Source: Rhizobium sp.
GTDB taxonomy: Bacteria; Pseudomonadota; Alphaproteobacteria; Rhizobiales; Rhizobiaceae
Reading direction: 5' to 3'
Assembly (NCBI GenBank): GCA_039593415.1
Contig: JBCNPI010000006.1
Coordinates: 246-64,245, forward strand
Length of the DNA stretch: 64,000 nucleotides
Below the pieces are notes generated by a model. It was not told the DNA's origin and ran no database searches. It was given only the letters and a program-made list of their open reading frames with translations. Below, one piece after another: positions 38,490 through 49,099 of this stretch. Within the stretch, counting starts at the first letter, position 1. The number at the start of each line of letters is the position of its first letter. The position numbers and the translations under genes were made by a program.

Positions 38490-39197
38490 AGATGTTTAAT
38501 GGAAGAAGACTTGACTCCAATTTAACGCAATACCGTGCCTACAATCAAAATGTCGGGCGGTCGGCATCATGTGACCCACCGGGAGAAACGATGGATCCAT
38601 ATGGGAACCTCTACACTTACGTCCTGAATTCGCCGCTCTCCGGGGGGTGCCCCCAATGGTCTTGACCTAGCGAATCGTATCCCAGATTGATCGGGTCCGG
38701 GTTCCATATGCCAACGAAGTCCTAATGGCGCAGTTCAACTAATGTCGGCAGACTGAAGTAGGCTGATTGAATTTGATATTTCGCCGCAAACTAGCCACGG
38801 GCTGGGGCTGCATATAAATATAGAGCCAGGCCGGCAGCATATTTTGCGCCCGCATTATCTTGATCAAAATGGGAATAAGCCGTACAATTATCGCTCGAGC
38901 AAGTTTTGGTGGAATAAACCTACATATTGTACCTGGATCGACCTGCGATCCCGCCGCGATTGTTCACCGGACCAGTTCCAAAGGCGGCAAATGCAACAAA
39001 CTCGCGCGCGCGTCGATGAATTCATGTCTTTCTGGTCACTTCAAGCGCGAAAGGCTTCGCTTTCAGCGACGCTTCGGACCTTGTCATCCCGCAACTGCAA
39101 CGCTGCTCAGCATGCTTAACCACCAACTATGCCGCGTCGGAGATTTTCCGGCAGGTGCGCGTCCTTGGACCTTTGCATCGCTCTAAGCATTGAAGAG

Positions 39198-40262
39198 CTA
39201 CTGCCGTAATGTTCGGCCTGACTGTGCATCGAAGAGATGTAGCTTTCCGACGCGCGGGATGATGGCGACTTCGTCTCCAGGACGGAAATCATGCCGTTCG
39301 GAAAAGACAGCAACGAGTTCGCTATCGCCGTAGCGCAGGAAGACCATAGTTTCGTGGCCGGTCGGCTCAGTCACATTCACTGTTGCTTTCAGGCCGGAGT
39401 CGCCGAGCTGCAGATGTTCTGGACGAACCCCGAGCTGGACTGTCTGACCGTCGGTGGCAGCGGGCGCGAAACCCAAAGCGATCTCATCACCGGTCTCGGA
39501 CATGAAGATGTGCCCATCGGCCTTGTACTTGCCCTTCATCAGGTTCATGGACGGCGAGCCGATGAAGGTCGCTACGAACGTGTTGTTTGGCCAGTCGTAG
39601 AGGTCGAGTGGCGTGCCGATCTGCTCGACATGGCCGCCCTGCATGACCACGATCTTGTCGGCCATGGTCATCGCTTCTACCTGGTCATGGGTTACATAGA
39701 TGGTCGTCGTATTGAGCCGCTGATGCAGCTCCTTGATTTCCTTGCGCATTTGTACACGCAGCTTGGCGTCGAGGTTGGACAGCGGCTCATCGAACAGGAA
39801 GACTTGCGGCGAGCGAACGATTGCCCGGCCCATAGCCACACGCTGGCGCTGGCCGCCGGATAGCTGACGCGGATAGCGGTCTAGATAAGGCACGAGATCG
39901 AGCGTCTCGGCTGCTGCTTGCAGGCGCTGCTTGATGAGATCTGCCGGCTGCTTCTGAAGGCGTAGTGCAAAGACCATGTTCTCCGCCACCGTCTTGTGCG
40001 GATAGAGCGCATAGCTCTGGAATACCATCGCGATGTCGCGATCCTTAGGCGGCATGTTGTTAACGACGCGGCCGCCGATTGAAATCGTGCCACCCGAAAT
40101 GCTTTCCAGTCCTGCCACCATCCGCAGCAACGTAGATTTGCCGCAGCCAGATGGGCCGACGAGAACGACAAATTCGCCATCATCGATTTCGATGTCGATC
40201 CCGTGAAGGACTTTCATGGCGCCATAGGTTTTTTGCGCCCCGGTTACCTTAACTTCAGCCAT
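39198..40262 (-). CDS. Sugar ABC transporter ATP-binding protein
   Basis: GPSGCGKST, LSGGQRQRVAMGRA, FDEPLSNLDAKLR. Confidence 0.96.
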   Translation of the reverse strand: MAEVKVTGAQKTYGAMKVLHGIDIEIDDGEFVVLVGPSGCGKSTLLRMVAGLESISGGTISIGGRVVNNMPPKDRDIAMVFQSYALYPHKTVAENMVFALRLQKQPADLIKQRLQAAAETLDLVPYLDRYPRQLSGGQRQRVAMGRAIVRSPQVFLFDEPLSNLDAKLRVQMRKEIKELHQRLNTTTIYVTHDQVEAMTMADKIVVMQGGHVEQIGTPLDLYDWPNNTFVATFIGSPSMNLMKGKYKADGHIFMSETGDEIALGFAPAATDGQTVQLGVRPEHLQLGDSGLKATVNVTEPTGHETMVFLRYGDSELVAVFSERHDFRPGDEVAIIPRVGKLHLFDAQSGRTLRQ

Positions 40263-40405
40263 CTCGCTCCCTTCTGCCCCATCGACGCCTTTTCTCGAAG
40301 GCAGTTACGGCGGCATTCTCCCATTCTTTCGACGCGTTTTTCATCCGCCGCCAGGCGAAGTGCGCCTCGCCCAGCGTTTCCGAAATCTCGCGGAATCTCT
40401 CCTCC

Positions 40406-40507
40406 ATGAAACGTTTCATTTTCGATTGACATTTTACCGCCACTGTCTAATTCTCACCATCGAGACCGAGAGGAGCGGTGTCACTCGCAAACGATGAAAC
40501 GTTTCAT
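40406..40507. promoter_or_regulatory. Two identical perfect LacI-type operators ATGAAACGTTTCAT flanking a TTGACA promoter
   Basis: 14-bp palindromes at 40406-40419 and 40494-40507. TTGACA at 40426-40431. Confidence 0.8.
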
Positions 40508-40612
40508 TTCTTTGCTTAACAGATAGCTCTGCAGGAGACCAGTGTAAATTTTTGCGACTGGTTCCGCCTCATCCGGCGGGCAGATCACTGGAGATAAAAT
40601 GGAGGAGATCAT

Positions 40613-42283
40613 ATGAAACTCGACGTATACGATGCATTGATGCGCCGTCAGGCGAGCCGTCGCGACATCCTGCGCGGCACGGCGAGCGCTGCTGCGCTGA
40701 TGGGCGTTTCCAGCGTCATGGGCGGATTGCCCGCTACGGCGTTTGCCGCCGCTGACGTCCGTGCGCAAATTCTGAAAATTCCTGGCGTAGGCAAGGGTGC
40801 ACCCACGGATGCGGACTGGCAGAAAGTGGGCGAGCTTTGCCTGGGGCCAACCAAGGCCAATGTGAAGCAGGGCGAGTTCGCCGGCGTTGAGCTGACTTTC
40901 ATGGGGCTGAACAACCAGAACCTGCACAACTTCCTGTTCCGCGGCTTCCTGAAGCCATGGGAGGCCTATACCGGCGCCAAGATCAATTGGATTGACCTGG
41001 CCCAAGCCGACTATAATGCCCGCCTGCAGCAGTCGATCGCCACCGGCACCGTCGATTTCGACATTCTTGAAATGGGAGCGCCCTTCGAGGGCGATACGGC
41101 CGGCAAGGGTCTGCTGTCCGAGATGCCCGACTGGGTAAAGAAGCAGATCGATATCGACGACTACGTCGATTATCTGAAGCCTCCTGTCGGAACTTGGGAC
41201 GGTAAGACCTATCGCGTGACGATTGACGGCGACTGTCATAACTTCAACTACCGCGCTGACTATTTCAAAGACGAGACCCTTGCGAAGGCTTGGAAGGACG
41301 AAGGCCACCCTGGTGAGTGGAGCGTTCCGAAGACTTGGGCTCAGGTTCAAGAAGTCTCCAAGTTTCTGAAAGGCAAGAAGGATCCGCTGTCGGGTGGCCC
41401 GGCCTATGGTTACCTCGACCCGTACAAGGGCTGGGGCGGCTTTGGCTTCTACTTCCTGGAAGATCGCGCAACTGCCTATGTGAAGATGCCGGGCGATCCG
41501 GCTTGGCTGTTCGACCCGGAAAACATGAAGCCGCTCGTCAACGGTCCTGGCTGGGTCCGCGCTATTCAGGAAGCGATGGACCTCCTGTCTTTCGAACCCA
41601 CCGACCAGATCAATGCCGATCCAGGCACGACCGGGTTCCAGCAGTTCCTCGCCGGTACCGGTTCCATGGTCACCTGGTGGGGCGATATCGGTCAGCAGGC
41701 AAACACATCCGACACATCGGTAGTCGGGGAGGTCGCTGCTTTCGATATTCTGCCAGGTTCCGAGGACGTGTACGACCGCAAGGCGGGCAAATGGGTGAAG
41801 GCAAAGGATGGCGTGAATTATGCGCCGAACTGCGCTTATCTCGGGTGGGGCATTTATGTTATGGCCCGCGTGGAAAGCGACAAGCTGAAGCACCGCGCTG
41901 CCTGGAGCGCCGCCGCCCATCTGGGCGGCAAGGACCTGGCGATCTGGACGGCCATGTATCCGTCGGGCTTCCAGGTGCACCGCAGCAGCCAGTCCAAGAT
42001 CGAAGAATGGGTAGCCGCAGGCTACAAGAGCGACTACATCTCCAACTATCTGAAGTCGCAATTCGGCTCCTACAATCACCCGAACCGTGCGGTTGAGCCG
42101 CGTATCCCGGGCATTTTCCAATACTATTCCGTTGCGGAAGACGAATTGGCGAAAGGCTACGGCGGCAAGTACAAATCCGCCCAGGAAACCGCGGACGCCA
42201 TTGCGGCCGCCTGGGAAAAGATCACCGATCAGATCGGTCGCGACAAGCAACTGAAATTGTATCGCGCGAGCCTCGGGCTCTGA
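40613..42283 (+). CDS. Large sugar ABC substrate-binding protein with Tat signal
   Basis: SRRDILRG twin-arginine signal, PWEAYTGAKINW, FNYRADYF, PKTWAQV, AWEKITD. First gene of the permease operon. Confidence 0.88.
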   Translation: MKLDVYDALMRRQASRRDILRGTASAAALMGVSSVMGGLPATAFAAADVRAQILKIPGVGKGAPTDADWQKVGELCLGPTKANVKQGEFAGVELTFMGLNNQNLHNFLFRGFLKPWEAYTGAKINWIDLAQADYNARLQQSIATGTVDFDILEMGAPFEGDTAGKGLLSEMPDWVKKQIDIDDYVDYLKPPVGTWDGKTYRVTIDGDCHNFNYRADYFKDETLAKAWKDEGHPGEWSVPKTWAQVQEVSKFLKGKKDPLSGGPAYGYLDPYKGWGGFGFYFLEDRATAYVKMPGDPAWLFDPENMKPLVNGPGWVRAIQEAMDLLSFEPTDQINADPGTTGFQQFLAGTGSMVTWWGDIGQQANTSDTSVVGEVAAFDILPGSEDVYDRKAGKWVKAKDGVNYAPNCAYLGWGIYVMARVESDKLKHRAAWSAAAHLGGKDLAIWTAMYPSGFQVHRSSQSKIEEWVAAGYKSDYISNYLKSQFGSYNHPNRAVEPRIPGIFQYYSVAEDELAKGYGGKYKSAQETADAIAAAWEKITDQIGRDKQLKLYRASLGL

Positions 42284-42353
42284 TCTCCTGAACGGATTGT
42301 GCCGGCGGAACATCGCGTTCCGTCGGCATTCAAACGACTTGACGGGGACTATC

Positions 42354-43472
42354 ATGTCTACAATGGAAGGCGACCTGTTGCATACGGTCGAAACCGGCTC
42401 GATTTCGGTGAGTCGGCGCTTTTGGGGTTATGCAGCCCTCTGGGTGAGCGCGGCCTGGCTTGCTGCTTCGTTTATGCTTCAGGCGTCCCATGACCTCGGC
42501 TGGACGCAATTTGGCTTCCTAAACTGGCGTCCTGTGCTCTACGCCTACTTTATCTGGGCAGCGGCCCTATGCGTGACGCGTGTCGTCATTCATGGTGAGG
42601 CGGGGAAGAAGGTGCTGTTCGTGCTGCCCGCCGCCCTTTTCGTCGTGTCCATGGTAGTCTTTCCGCTTCTCTTTGCGCTTTGGGTCGGATTTTCCGACTG
42701 GAACCTGGCTTCACCGACAGGCCGGCAATTCAACGGACTGGATAATTTGCGCCAAATGTTGGGGGATGCGTTTTATCTCAATGCGCTTGTCAACATGGTC
42801 TATTACGCCCTTGCGATCGCGGTCGAATATACGATCGCGTTTGGGTTGGCACTGCTGCTGAACCAGGAGATCGTTGCTCGCAAATTCTGGCGCGTGACCT
42901 TTCTCCTTCCGCTCATGTTGTCGCCGGTCGCGGTAGGCTGGATGGTCGGAAAATCGATGCTCGAGACGCGCTTCGGGCCAATTGCTCGGCTTGCCCGATG
43001 GCTCGGTTGGGAGAATCCGTCCTTCTTCGGCGATCCGCTGACTGCCAAGCTTTCGATCATGGTGATGGATGCCTGGACGTTCATTCCCTTCATGATGATC
43101 ATGCTTCTCGCCGGCCTGCAGTCGCTGTCGCGTGAAGTATTGGAGGCCGCAGAAGTCGATGGCGCAACGAAATGGCAGCGCTTCTGGCAAGTCATCTTCC
43201 CGCTGATGCTGCCGGTTTCGGTGACGGCGGTCATGATCCGCATCATCTTCAAGCTGAAGCTTGCCGACATTATCATCACTGTTACAGCCGGCGGCCCGGG
43301 CGGCGCAACGGATTCCGTCACCAGCTTCATCTATCGCGAATATCGCGACCGTTCGAATGTGGGGTATGGAACGCTCCTGGCGCTCGTCTACTTGGTCATT
43401 ATCGTCATTGGCATGACAACGCTGATCAATATTTCCGACCGCATCGTCAAGCGCATGACGGGGAGAATCTGA
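42354..43472 (+). CDS. Sugar ABC transporter permease (extra N-terminal TM segments)
   Basis: FNGLDN, EVLEAAEVDGA, TAGGPG. Confidence 0.92.
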   Translation: MSTMEGDLLHTVETGSISVSRRFWGYAALWVSAAWLAASFMLQASHDLGWTQFGFLNWRPVLYAYFIWAAALCVTRVVIHGEAGKKVLFVLPAALFVVSMVVFPLLFALWVGFSDWNLASPTGRQFNGLDNLRQMLGDAFYLNALVNMVYYALAIAVEYTIAFGLALLLNQEIVARKFWRVTFLLPLMLSPVAVGWMVGKSMLETRFGPIARLARWLGWENPSFFGDPLTAKLSIMVMDAWTFIPFMMIMLLAGLQSLSREVLEAAEVDGATKWQRFWQVIFPLMLPVSVTAVMIRIIFKLKLADIIITVTAGGPGGATDSVTSFIYREYRDRSNVGYGTLLALVYLVIIVIGMTTLINISDRIVKRMTGRI

Positions 43473-44383
43473 TGGCTGCAATCGATTTCGACAAATTCGC
43501 CCGTCGCCAGCGCGCCCGTTGGTGGGTAATGCGCTTTGTGGTCTATGGCCTTCTCGTGACGTGGGCGATCGTCAGCCTCTTTCCGCTTTTCTGGACGATT
43601 TCGACCTCGTTTAAGACTGCGCCCGATGTGATGAAGGGCAATATCGTACCCTGGTACGACTTCACCCCGAGCTGGCTCGGCTGGCGCTCTCTCGGACTTT
43701 CGCCTGACGCGCTTACCCAGACTTCGACCGTTCGGGACGAGTTCATGCACCGGCTGTGGAACAGCGCCTTGATTTCGGGAAGCGCCTCGGCGCTCGCCGT
43801 CTTCCTTGGATCGCTTGCGGCCTACGGGCTCAGCCGCTTCTCCTATAAATTCGGGCATATGCGCAATTCCGATATATCCTTTTTCTTCCTGTCGCAGCTC
43901 ATCATGCCCCCGGTTGTTTTGGCCCTGCCATTTCTGGTCCTCTATAAGCAGCTCGCGCTCCTTGACACCTTTGGCGGACTGATTGCGGTCTACACGCTGA
44001 TGGTTCTGCCGATCGTCATCTGGATCATGCGTGACCAGTTCGCGACTATCCCTGTGGAGCTCGAGGAAGCCGCACTCGTCGACGGCCTATCGATATGGGG
44101 GGCGTTCAGCCGCATCATCGTGCCGCTGGTGGCGCCCGGTATGGTCGCGGCCTTCATCCTCGCCCTGATTCTGTGCTGGAACGAATATTTCTTCGCGGCT
44201 CTGCTGACCTCGACAAACACGAATACGCTGCCGGTCATGATCGCCAGCCAGACGGGCAGTCAAGGGATCAACTGGTGGTCCATGGCGGCGCTTTCCACGG
44301 CGGGGATCTTGCCGCTTGTATTCGTCGGCATCCTCCTCGAAAAACACATCATCGCGGGCATGACAGCCGGCGCAGTGAAATAG
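43472..44383 (+). CDS. Sugar ABC transporter permease
   Basis: ELEEAALVDG, CWNEY, GMTAGAVK. TGATG coupling. Confidence 0.92.
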   Translation: MAAIDFDKFARRQRARWWVMRFVVYGLLVTWAIVSLFPLFWTISTSFKTAPDVMKGNIVPWYDFTPSWLGWRSLGLSPDALTQTSTVRDEFMHRLWNSALISGSASALAVFLGSLAAYGLSRFSYKFGHMRNSDISFFFLSQLIMPPVVLALPFLVLYKQLALLDTFGGLIAVYTLMVLPIVIWIMRDQFATIPVELEEAALVDGLSIWGAFSRIIVPLVAPGMVAAFILALILCWNEYFFAALLTSTNTNTLPVMIASQTGSQGINWWSMAALSTAGILPLVFVGILLEKHIIAGMTAGAVK

Positions 44384-44401
44384 CGGCGGCGGTGTTTGCG
44401 C

Positions 44402-45442
44402 ATGGACAAGATACCCACAGTCAAGGATGTCGCAATGCGGGCGGGTGTCTCGGTGGGTACGGTGTCGCGGGTGCTTGCCGGCGAGCTTTCTGTCAAGACG
44501 GTGCTGCGCGACAAGGTTCATGGCGCGATCGATGCACTCGGCTATCGGCCGAACGTCATGGCTCGGGCGCTGCGCACCAGCACGACTGATGTCATCGGCC
44601 TGATCGTTCCCGATATTACCAATCCGTTCTTCTCGCAAATGGCTGCCAGCGCCGAACGCGCGGCTCTTGAGCACCGCCATTCGCTGATGCTGGCGAGTTC
44701 GCACAACGACCGCGAGGCCGAGCAGAGCCACATTTCGGCGTTTCTCGATCGTTCCGTGCGCGGCATCATCATTGTCGCGGCGAATGTCAGCCACCCCGCG
44801 CATGTGAAATCCAAGGTGCCGATCGTGTCGCTCGATCGCCGCTTTGCCGATTTTCCGCTGATTTCCATCAGTCATGCCGAGGCGGCGGCGCTCGTTGCCG
44901 ATCATTTTTACGAACTCGGGCACCGCCGCATCGCCTATATTGCCGGTCCGGCCGATACAGAGGCCGGGCGCGAGCGCCGCGAGGGTTTTGTGGACCGCAT
45001 CCGCGCCTTGGATGCTAAGGCCGAGCTGAAAATATTCTCCGGCCGGTTCGACTATGAATCCGGCGAGGTCATCGCGCGTCGGCTTCTTGCACAGCCGCCC
45101 GGCACGCGGCCGACGGCTATTGCCGCCGCGAGCGACCAGCAGGCGATCGGAGTGCTTCGTGCGGCGCGCGACCTTGGTCTCGATGTGCCGGGCGCCCTCT
45201 CCATTGCTGGCTTTGACGATATCCATCTCGCCAATCTTGTTGTGCCACGGCTGACGACCGTGCGCCAGCCAACGGACCTGCTTGCAAAGCGCGCCGTCGA
45301 ATTGTTGCTCGAAAAGGAACCAGAACCTGGCGACGTGGCCTTGAGCGCCTCGCTCATCATCCGCGGGTCGACAGCGCCTCCGCCGGCCGGCCAAGCCGAC
45401 TATCACTTGACAACAGGCCGGAAGAGCCGCCAACAGGAGTAA
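44402..45442 (+). CDS. LacI family transcriptional regulator
   Basis: TVKDVAMRAGVSVGTVSRVL, YRPNVMARAL, IAGFDDI, PRLTTV. Confidence 0.96.
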   Translation: MDKIPTVKDVAMRAGVSVGTVSRVLAGELSVKTVLRDKVHGAIDALGYRPNVMARALRTSTTDVIGLIVPDITNPFFSQMAASAERAALEHRHSLMLASSHNDREAEQSHISAFLDRSVRGIIIVAANVSHPAHVKSKVPIVSLDRRFADFPLISISHAEAAALVADHFYELGHRRIAYIAGPADTEAGRERREGFVDRIRALDAKAELKIFSGRFDYESGEVIARRLLAQPPGTRPTAIAAASDQQAIGVLRAARDLGLDVPGALSIAGFDDIHLANLVVPRLTTVRQPTDLLAKRAVELLLEKEPEPGDVALSASLIIRGSTAPPPAGQADYHLTTGRKSRQQE

Positions 45443-45449
45443 ACAATCG

Positions 45450-45911
45450 ATGCTCAAAGGTATCAGGCCAGAACTTAACGGGGATATTCTCCAGGCGCTG
45501 TCCAACATGGGCCATGGCGATTACCTCGTGGTTTCGGACACGAACTTTCCCTCAGATTCGGTGGCCCGGCACTCGCTGCTCGGTCGTCTTTTGACAATGG
45601 AGAATACGCCCGCACCAAGGGCGATCGAGGCGATCCTCTCTGTCTTCCCGCTCGACACGCCGCTGCAGCCCTCGGTCGGTCGCATGGAAGTAATCGGCAA
45701 ACCGGACGAAATTCCCGACGTGCAGCAGGAGGTGCAGATCGTGGTCGATCGTGTAGAGAACAAGGCGGCGCCCATGTATCCGATTGAGCGCATGGCTTTC
45801 TACGACATTGCCCGCAAGGCCTACTGCGTTATCGCAACTGGCGAGATGCGATTCTATGGCTGCTTCGTTCTCACCAAGGGTGTCATTCCAGCTGATGAGG
45901 TGGCGCGATGA
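45450..45911 (+). CDS. RbsD/FucU family mutarotase/pyranase
   Basis: MGHGDYLVVSDTNFP, IERMAFY, IATGEMRFYG. Confidence 0.92.
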   Translation: MLKGIRPELNGDILQALSNMGHGDYLVVSDTNFPSDSVARHSLLGRLLTMENTPAPRAIEAILSVFPLDTPLQPSVGRMEVIGKPDEIPDVQQEVQIVVDRVENKAAPMYPIERMAFYDIARKAYCVIATGEMRFYGCFVLTKGVIPADEVAR

Positions 45912-46837
45912 GTGGCAGAAAGACCATTGTTATTCTCGGCATCTTCGCCGCCGATACCGCCTATAAGGCCAAGCGCCTGCCGCATATCGCAGAAACGCTG
46001 ATCGGTTCGGGCTTTTCGCTCGGTCCGGGAGGCAAAGGCTCCAATCAGGCAATTGCTGCGGCCAAAGCAGGCGGCCATGTCACCTTCATCTCGCGCGTCG
46101 GCAACGATCCTTTCGGCGAAATGGCGCTTGCGGCCTACGCTGCGGCGGGCGTGAAGGCCAATGTCGTGCGCATGGACGGGGTATCGACCGGCGCGGCCTT
46201 CATCTTCGTCAACGAGGCGAATGGCGATAACGCCATTATCGTAGCCCCCGGTGCGGCCGGCCTGATTGGCATTGAAGACGTTGATGCCAACCGGGCGGAG
46301 ATCGAGGCCGCCGCTATCTTCATGACCCAGCTCGAACAGCCGATAGAAGCCGCCATCCACGGTCTCACAATCGCGAAGAGTGCGGGCGTTACGACGATCT
46401 TCAACCCCGCGCCGGCACAGGTGATCCCCGATAATATCTACCCGTTATGCGACTTCATCGTCCCGAACGAGATTGAGGCCGCAGGTATTGTGGGCCATCG
46501 GGTCGATACCGACGAGCAGGCGGTGAGAGCCGCTGAAACACTTCTCCAGCGCGGTGCGAAGACAGCAATCATCACGCTGGGTGGGCGAGGCTCAGTTTAT
46601 CGAACGGCAGGCCATAGCGAGTTCGTTCCGGCTGTTGCCGCCGGTAAGGTGATCGATACGACAGGGGCCGGAGATGCATTTCTCGGCGGCTTTGCGGCAG
46701 CTCTTGCCGAAGGCCGCGCGCCGATTGACGCCGTGCGCTTTGCATCAGCGACCGCCGGCATTGCAGTGACGCGCCCTGGCACAGCACCCGCTATGCCCGC
46801 GCGAGGCGAAATCGAGGCACTCCTCAGTTCTGCATAA
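45908..46837 (+). CDS. rbsK: Ribokinase (PfkB family)
   Basis: GGKGSNQAIAA, NPAP, PNEIE, DTTGAGDAF. Confidence 0.9.
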   Translation: MSGRKTIVILGIFAADTAYKAKRLPHIAETLIGSGFSLGPGGKGSNQAIAAAKAGGHVTFISRVGNDPFGEMALAAYAAAGVKANVVRMDGVSTGAAFIFVNEANGDNAIIVAPGAAGLIGIEDVDANRAEIEAAAIFMTQLEQPIEAAIHGLTIAKSAGVTTIFNPAPAQVIPDNIYPLCDFIVPNEIEAAGIVGHRVDTDEQAVRAAETLLQRGAKTAIITLGGRGSVYRTAGHSEFVPAVAAGKVIDTTGAGDAFLGGFAAALAEGRAPIDAVRFASATAGIAVTRPGTAPAMPARGEIEALLSSA

Positions 46838-47844
46838 CGGAGTGAACCGCGTAGCGGCGGAGGGTCGCTGCTTTGTCGTGCACCCGCGCGGTAGCGAAGC
46901 GACATGCCGCGCTCTCTTGCGCGAAGCCCGAAATCTGGTGCTAAGGACCCCAAGTGAGGCCCTCAGCGCGAGTTCCAATAGATTGGACGCGCCGATCTGA
47001 AGGACCGGCTGGCGATGATTTATCTTGGCAGAGTGACGCCTGAAATCTTCTCGCGGATCGCCATGAGGCGGCCTTGATGTGCTGGATCAAGAGGCTGGGC
47101 GCGATGCCACCTTGACTTGAATTCGGATGCACGTTTGACGTTCGGCCTTCGGAATTGATCTCGAGCCATGACTCCCGCCGCAGCTTTCCACTCCGCAATC
47201 GCCTGGATGCGGAGAGTGCTGTTTTAGAATGCGGAGCGTTGTGAGCTGGCGGGACGAAGAGGCTGCGGACAGCGGAGAGGACAAATTGGCCGCCATTTCG
47301 GCACCCACAGCCGCTGGTTCGTATCCCTTCACATCAACGGATCCGATTTTATTGGCTGTGGGCCGTGATCTTTAAATACGGCGTTGCAGCCAAATGCGGG
47401 ACGACTGCTTTGCGCCTCCATTTCGGGCAGCGGGCGGTCCAAGGGACCGCCTGGAAGCTGCCATTCCCTGGTCGCATCACCTCGCAAGCGTCGGCAACGC
47501 TGGGAATACCGCAGGCGGCCGGAATGAGCTGTCTGCAAGAGGGTTGGTCCTTCGCGCACCACAGAGCAAAGGGTGTTGCGGGTATCATCGGTCGAGCTGT
47601 GCGCAGGTACGAGTGTGCAATTTGAAGGACGGGTCCTTATGACGTTTCGGACATGAGGACGGACGGATCGAACGGTATACCACCACCACGCCGTGAGGAG
47701 GTGCAAATTCCCATCCGCGATAGCGACCGTCCGCACCTCCGTCGAAAGTGCACGCCGTCAACATATGTCCCGGCGCGCAACGCGGTGCCGCCAATACAAC
47801 CTCTATCAGCCGGATAGCTGCGCGCGTTCGACGCTAGCGTCCTT

Positions 47845-48384
47845 TCAAGCCAAGGTCATGCCGCCGTCGGCATGAAGTTCGATCCCATTGATAAAGCTGC
47901 TCGCGTCAGAAGCAAGGAAGAGTGCGGCGCGCGCCAGCTCATCCGGCTGTCCCATGCGCCCCGCCGGGATGAGTGATGCCATGTGATCCTCGAATGCCGG
48001 GCGCTCGGCACCTGATACGCCGAGCTTGCCGAGGATTTCAGTTTCAACCGGCCCCGGGCTGAGGATGTTGACGCGGATGCGGCGAGGCTTGAGCTCGATT
48101 GCCCAGTTCCTCGAAAAGGCGGCGACGGCTGCTTTGGATCCCGCATAAACGGCGTGGTCAGGCAGCACCTTCGTTGCAGCGAGCGAACTAGTAACAATGA
48201 TGCTGCCGCCATCGCGGATCAGCGGTGCGATCGCCTGCACACCGAAAAACACACCGCGTGTGTTGATGGCGAAATGGCGATCATAGTCTTCCGGTGTCAC
48301 ATTGCGAGATGCGGTGAGATTGATGACGCCGGCATTGGCCATATAGATATCGAGGCCGCCAAAATGGTTTTCTACCATGTCCAC
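47845..48384 (-). pseudogene. SDR oxidoreductase lacking its N-terminal Rossmann motif
   Basis: FGGLDIYMANAG...YAGSK...NILSPGPVET...ADGG. The 5' part is replaced by the antisense of a LysR fragment. Confidence 0.85.
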
Positions 48385-49067
48385 GTGCGGACGGTGCAGG
48401 CCGGTTCCTTCAGTGCCGCGGCCCGCGACCTCCACACAACACCGTCGGCAGTGTCGAAGAGTGTGGCGAGACTTGAAAAGAGGGTCGGAGTCCGGCTCTT
48501 CCTGCGCTCCACCCGCGCATTGACCTTGACGCAGGAAGGCCAGATTTTCTTCGAGCGCGTCGCGCCGCTCTTGACCTGATCCGGGAGGACTACGATGTCG
48601 TGCTGCGCGCCGGGAATCCGGCACAGGGCGATCTCATGGTCCGCCATCTGGCCGATCTGCCGCTGGCAATCGTGGCATCTCCGGCTTTTCTTGAGAGCTC
48701 GGGTGGTCCTCCGTTACCTCTCGAACAGTTGGAGACTGTACCCTTTGCTCGCTACGTACTTGGTGGCATGGTCCAGCCTGTACGCCTGGCGGATGGCAGC
48801 AGTTTTGTTCCCGTCGGCCGTGTGGATTGCGATTCAGGCGCTGCTCTCATCCAGGCGGCGGTCGCAGGGCTGGGTGCCGCCTATCTGCTGCGGTGCTTGG
48901 TAGCCAAGGAGTTGCAAACTGGTGCGCTTGTAACTCTCGGATCGGAGATCGCACTTCCGAGCCTGCCGTTCAATGCGCTGCATGCCTTCGGCCGCACTGT
49001 GCCGTTGCGCGTCAAGCTGTTCTGCGACTTCATCGCGCGTGAGGCGAAGGCAATTGAGGTGATGTGA
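48385..49067 (+). pseudogene. LysR regulator lacking its start and carrying an internal deletion
   Basis: VRTVQAGSFSAAARDLHTTPSAVSKSVARLE...VAPLL jumps frame to DLIREDYDVVLRAG...AGLG. Confidence 0.85.
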
Positions 49068-49099
49068 GCACAACGCACTCCCGGGGCGGATTGACCCCA

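Noticed and set aside
38500-39190. Lower-GC spacer with short ORFs
   Set aside because: No recognisable motif, RBS or RNA structure. Likely decayed DNA next to the IS3 scar.
40481-42355. 624-aa antisense ORF over the SBP gene (likewise 44087-45508 and 35509-36585)
   Set aside because: Shadow ORFs expected from high-GC codon bias, with no domain motifs.
46840-47840. About 1 kb unexplained spacer with weak hairpins and GGTGCAAATTCCC (FMN-riboswitch-like start)
   Set aside because: The downstream conserved FMN riboswitch motifs are absent, there is no flavin gene context, and the short ORFs have no family signal.
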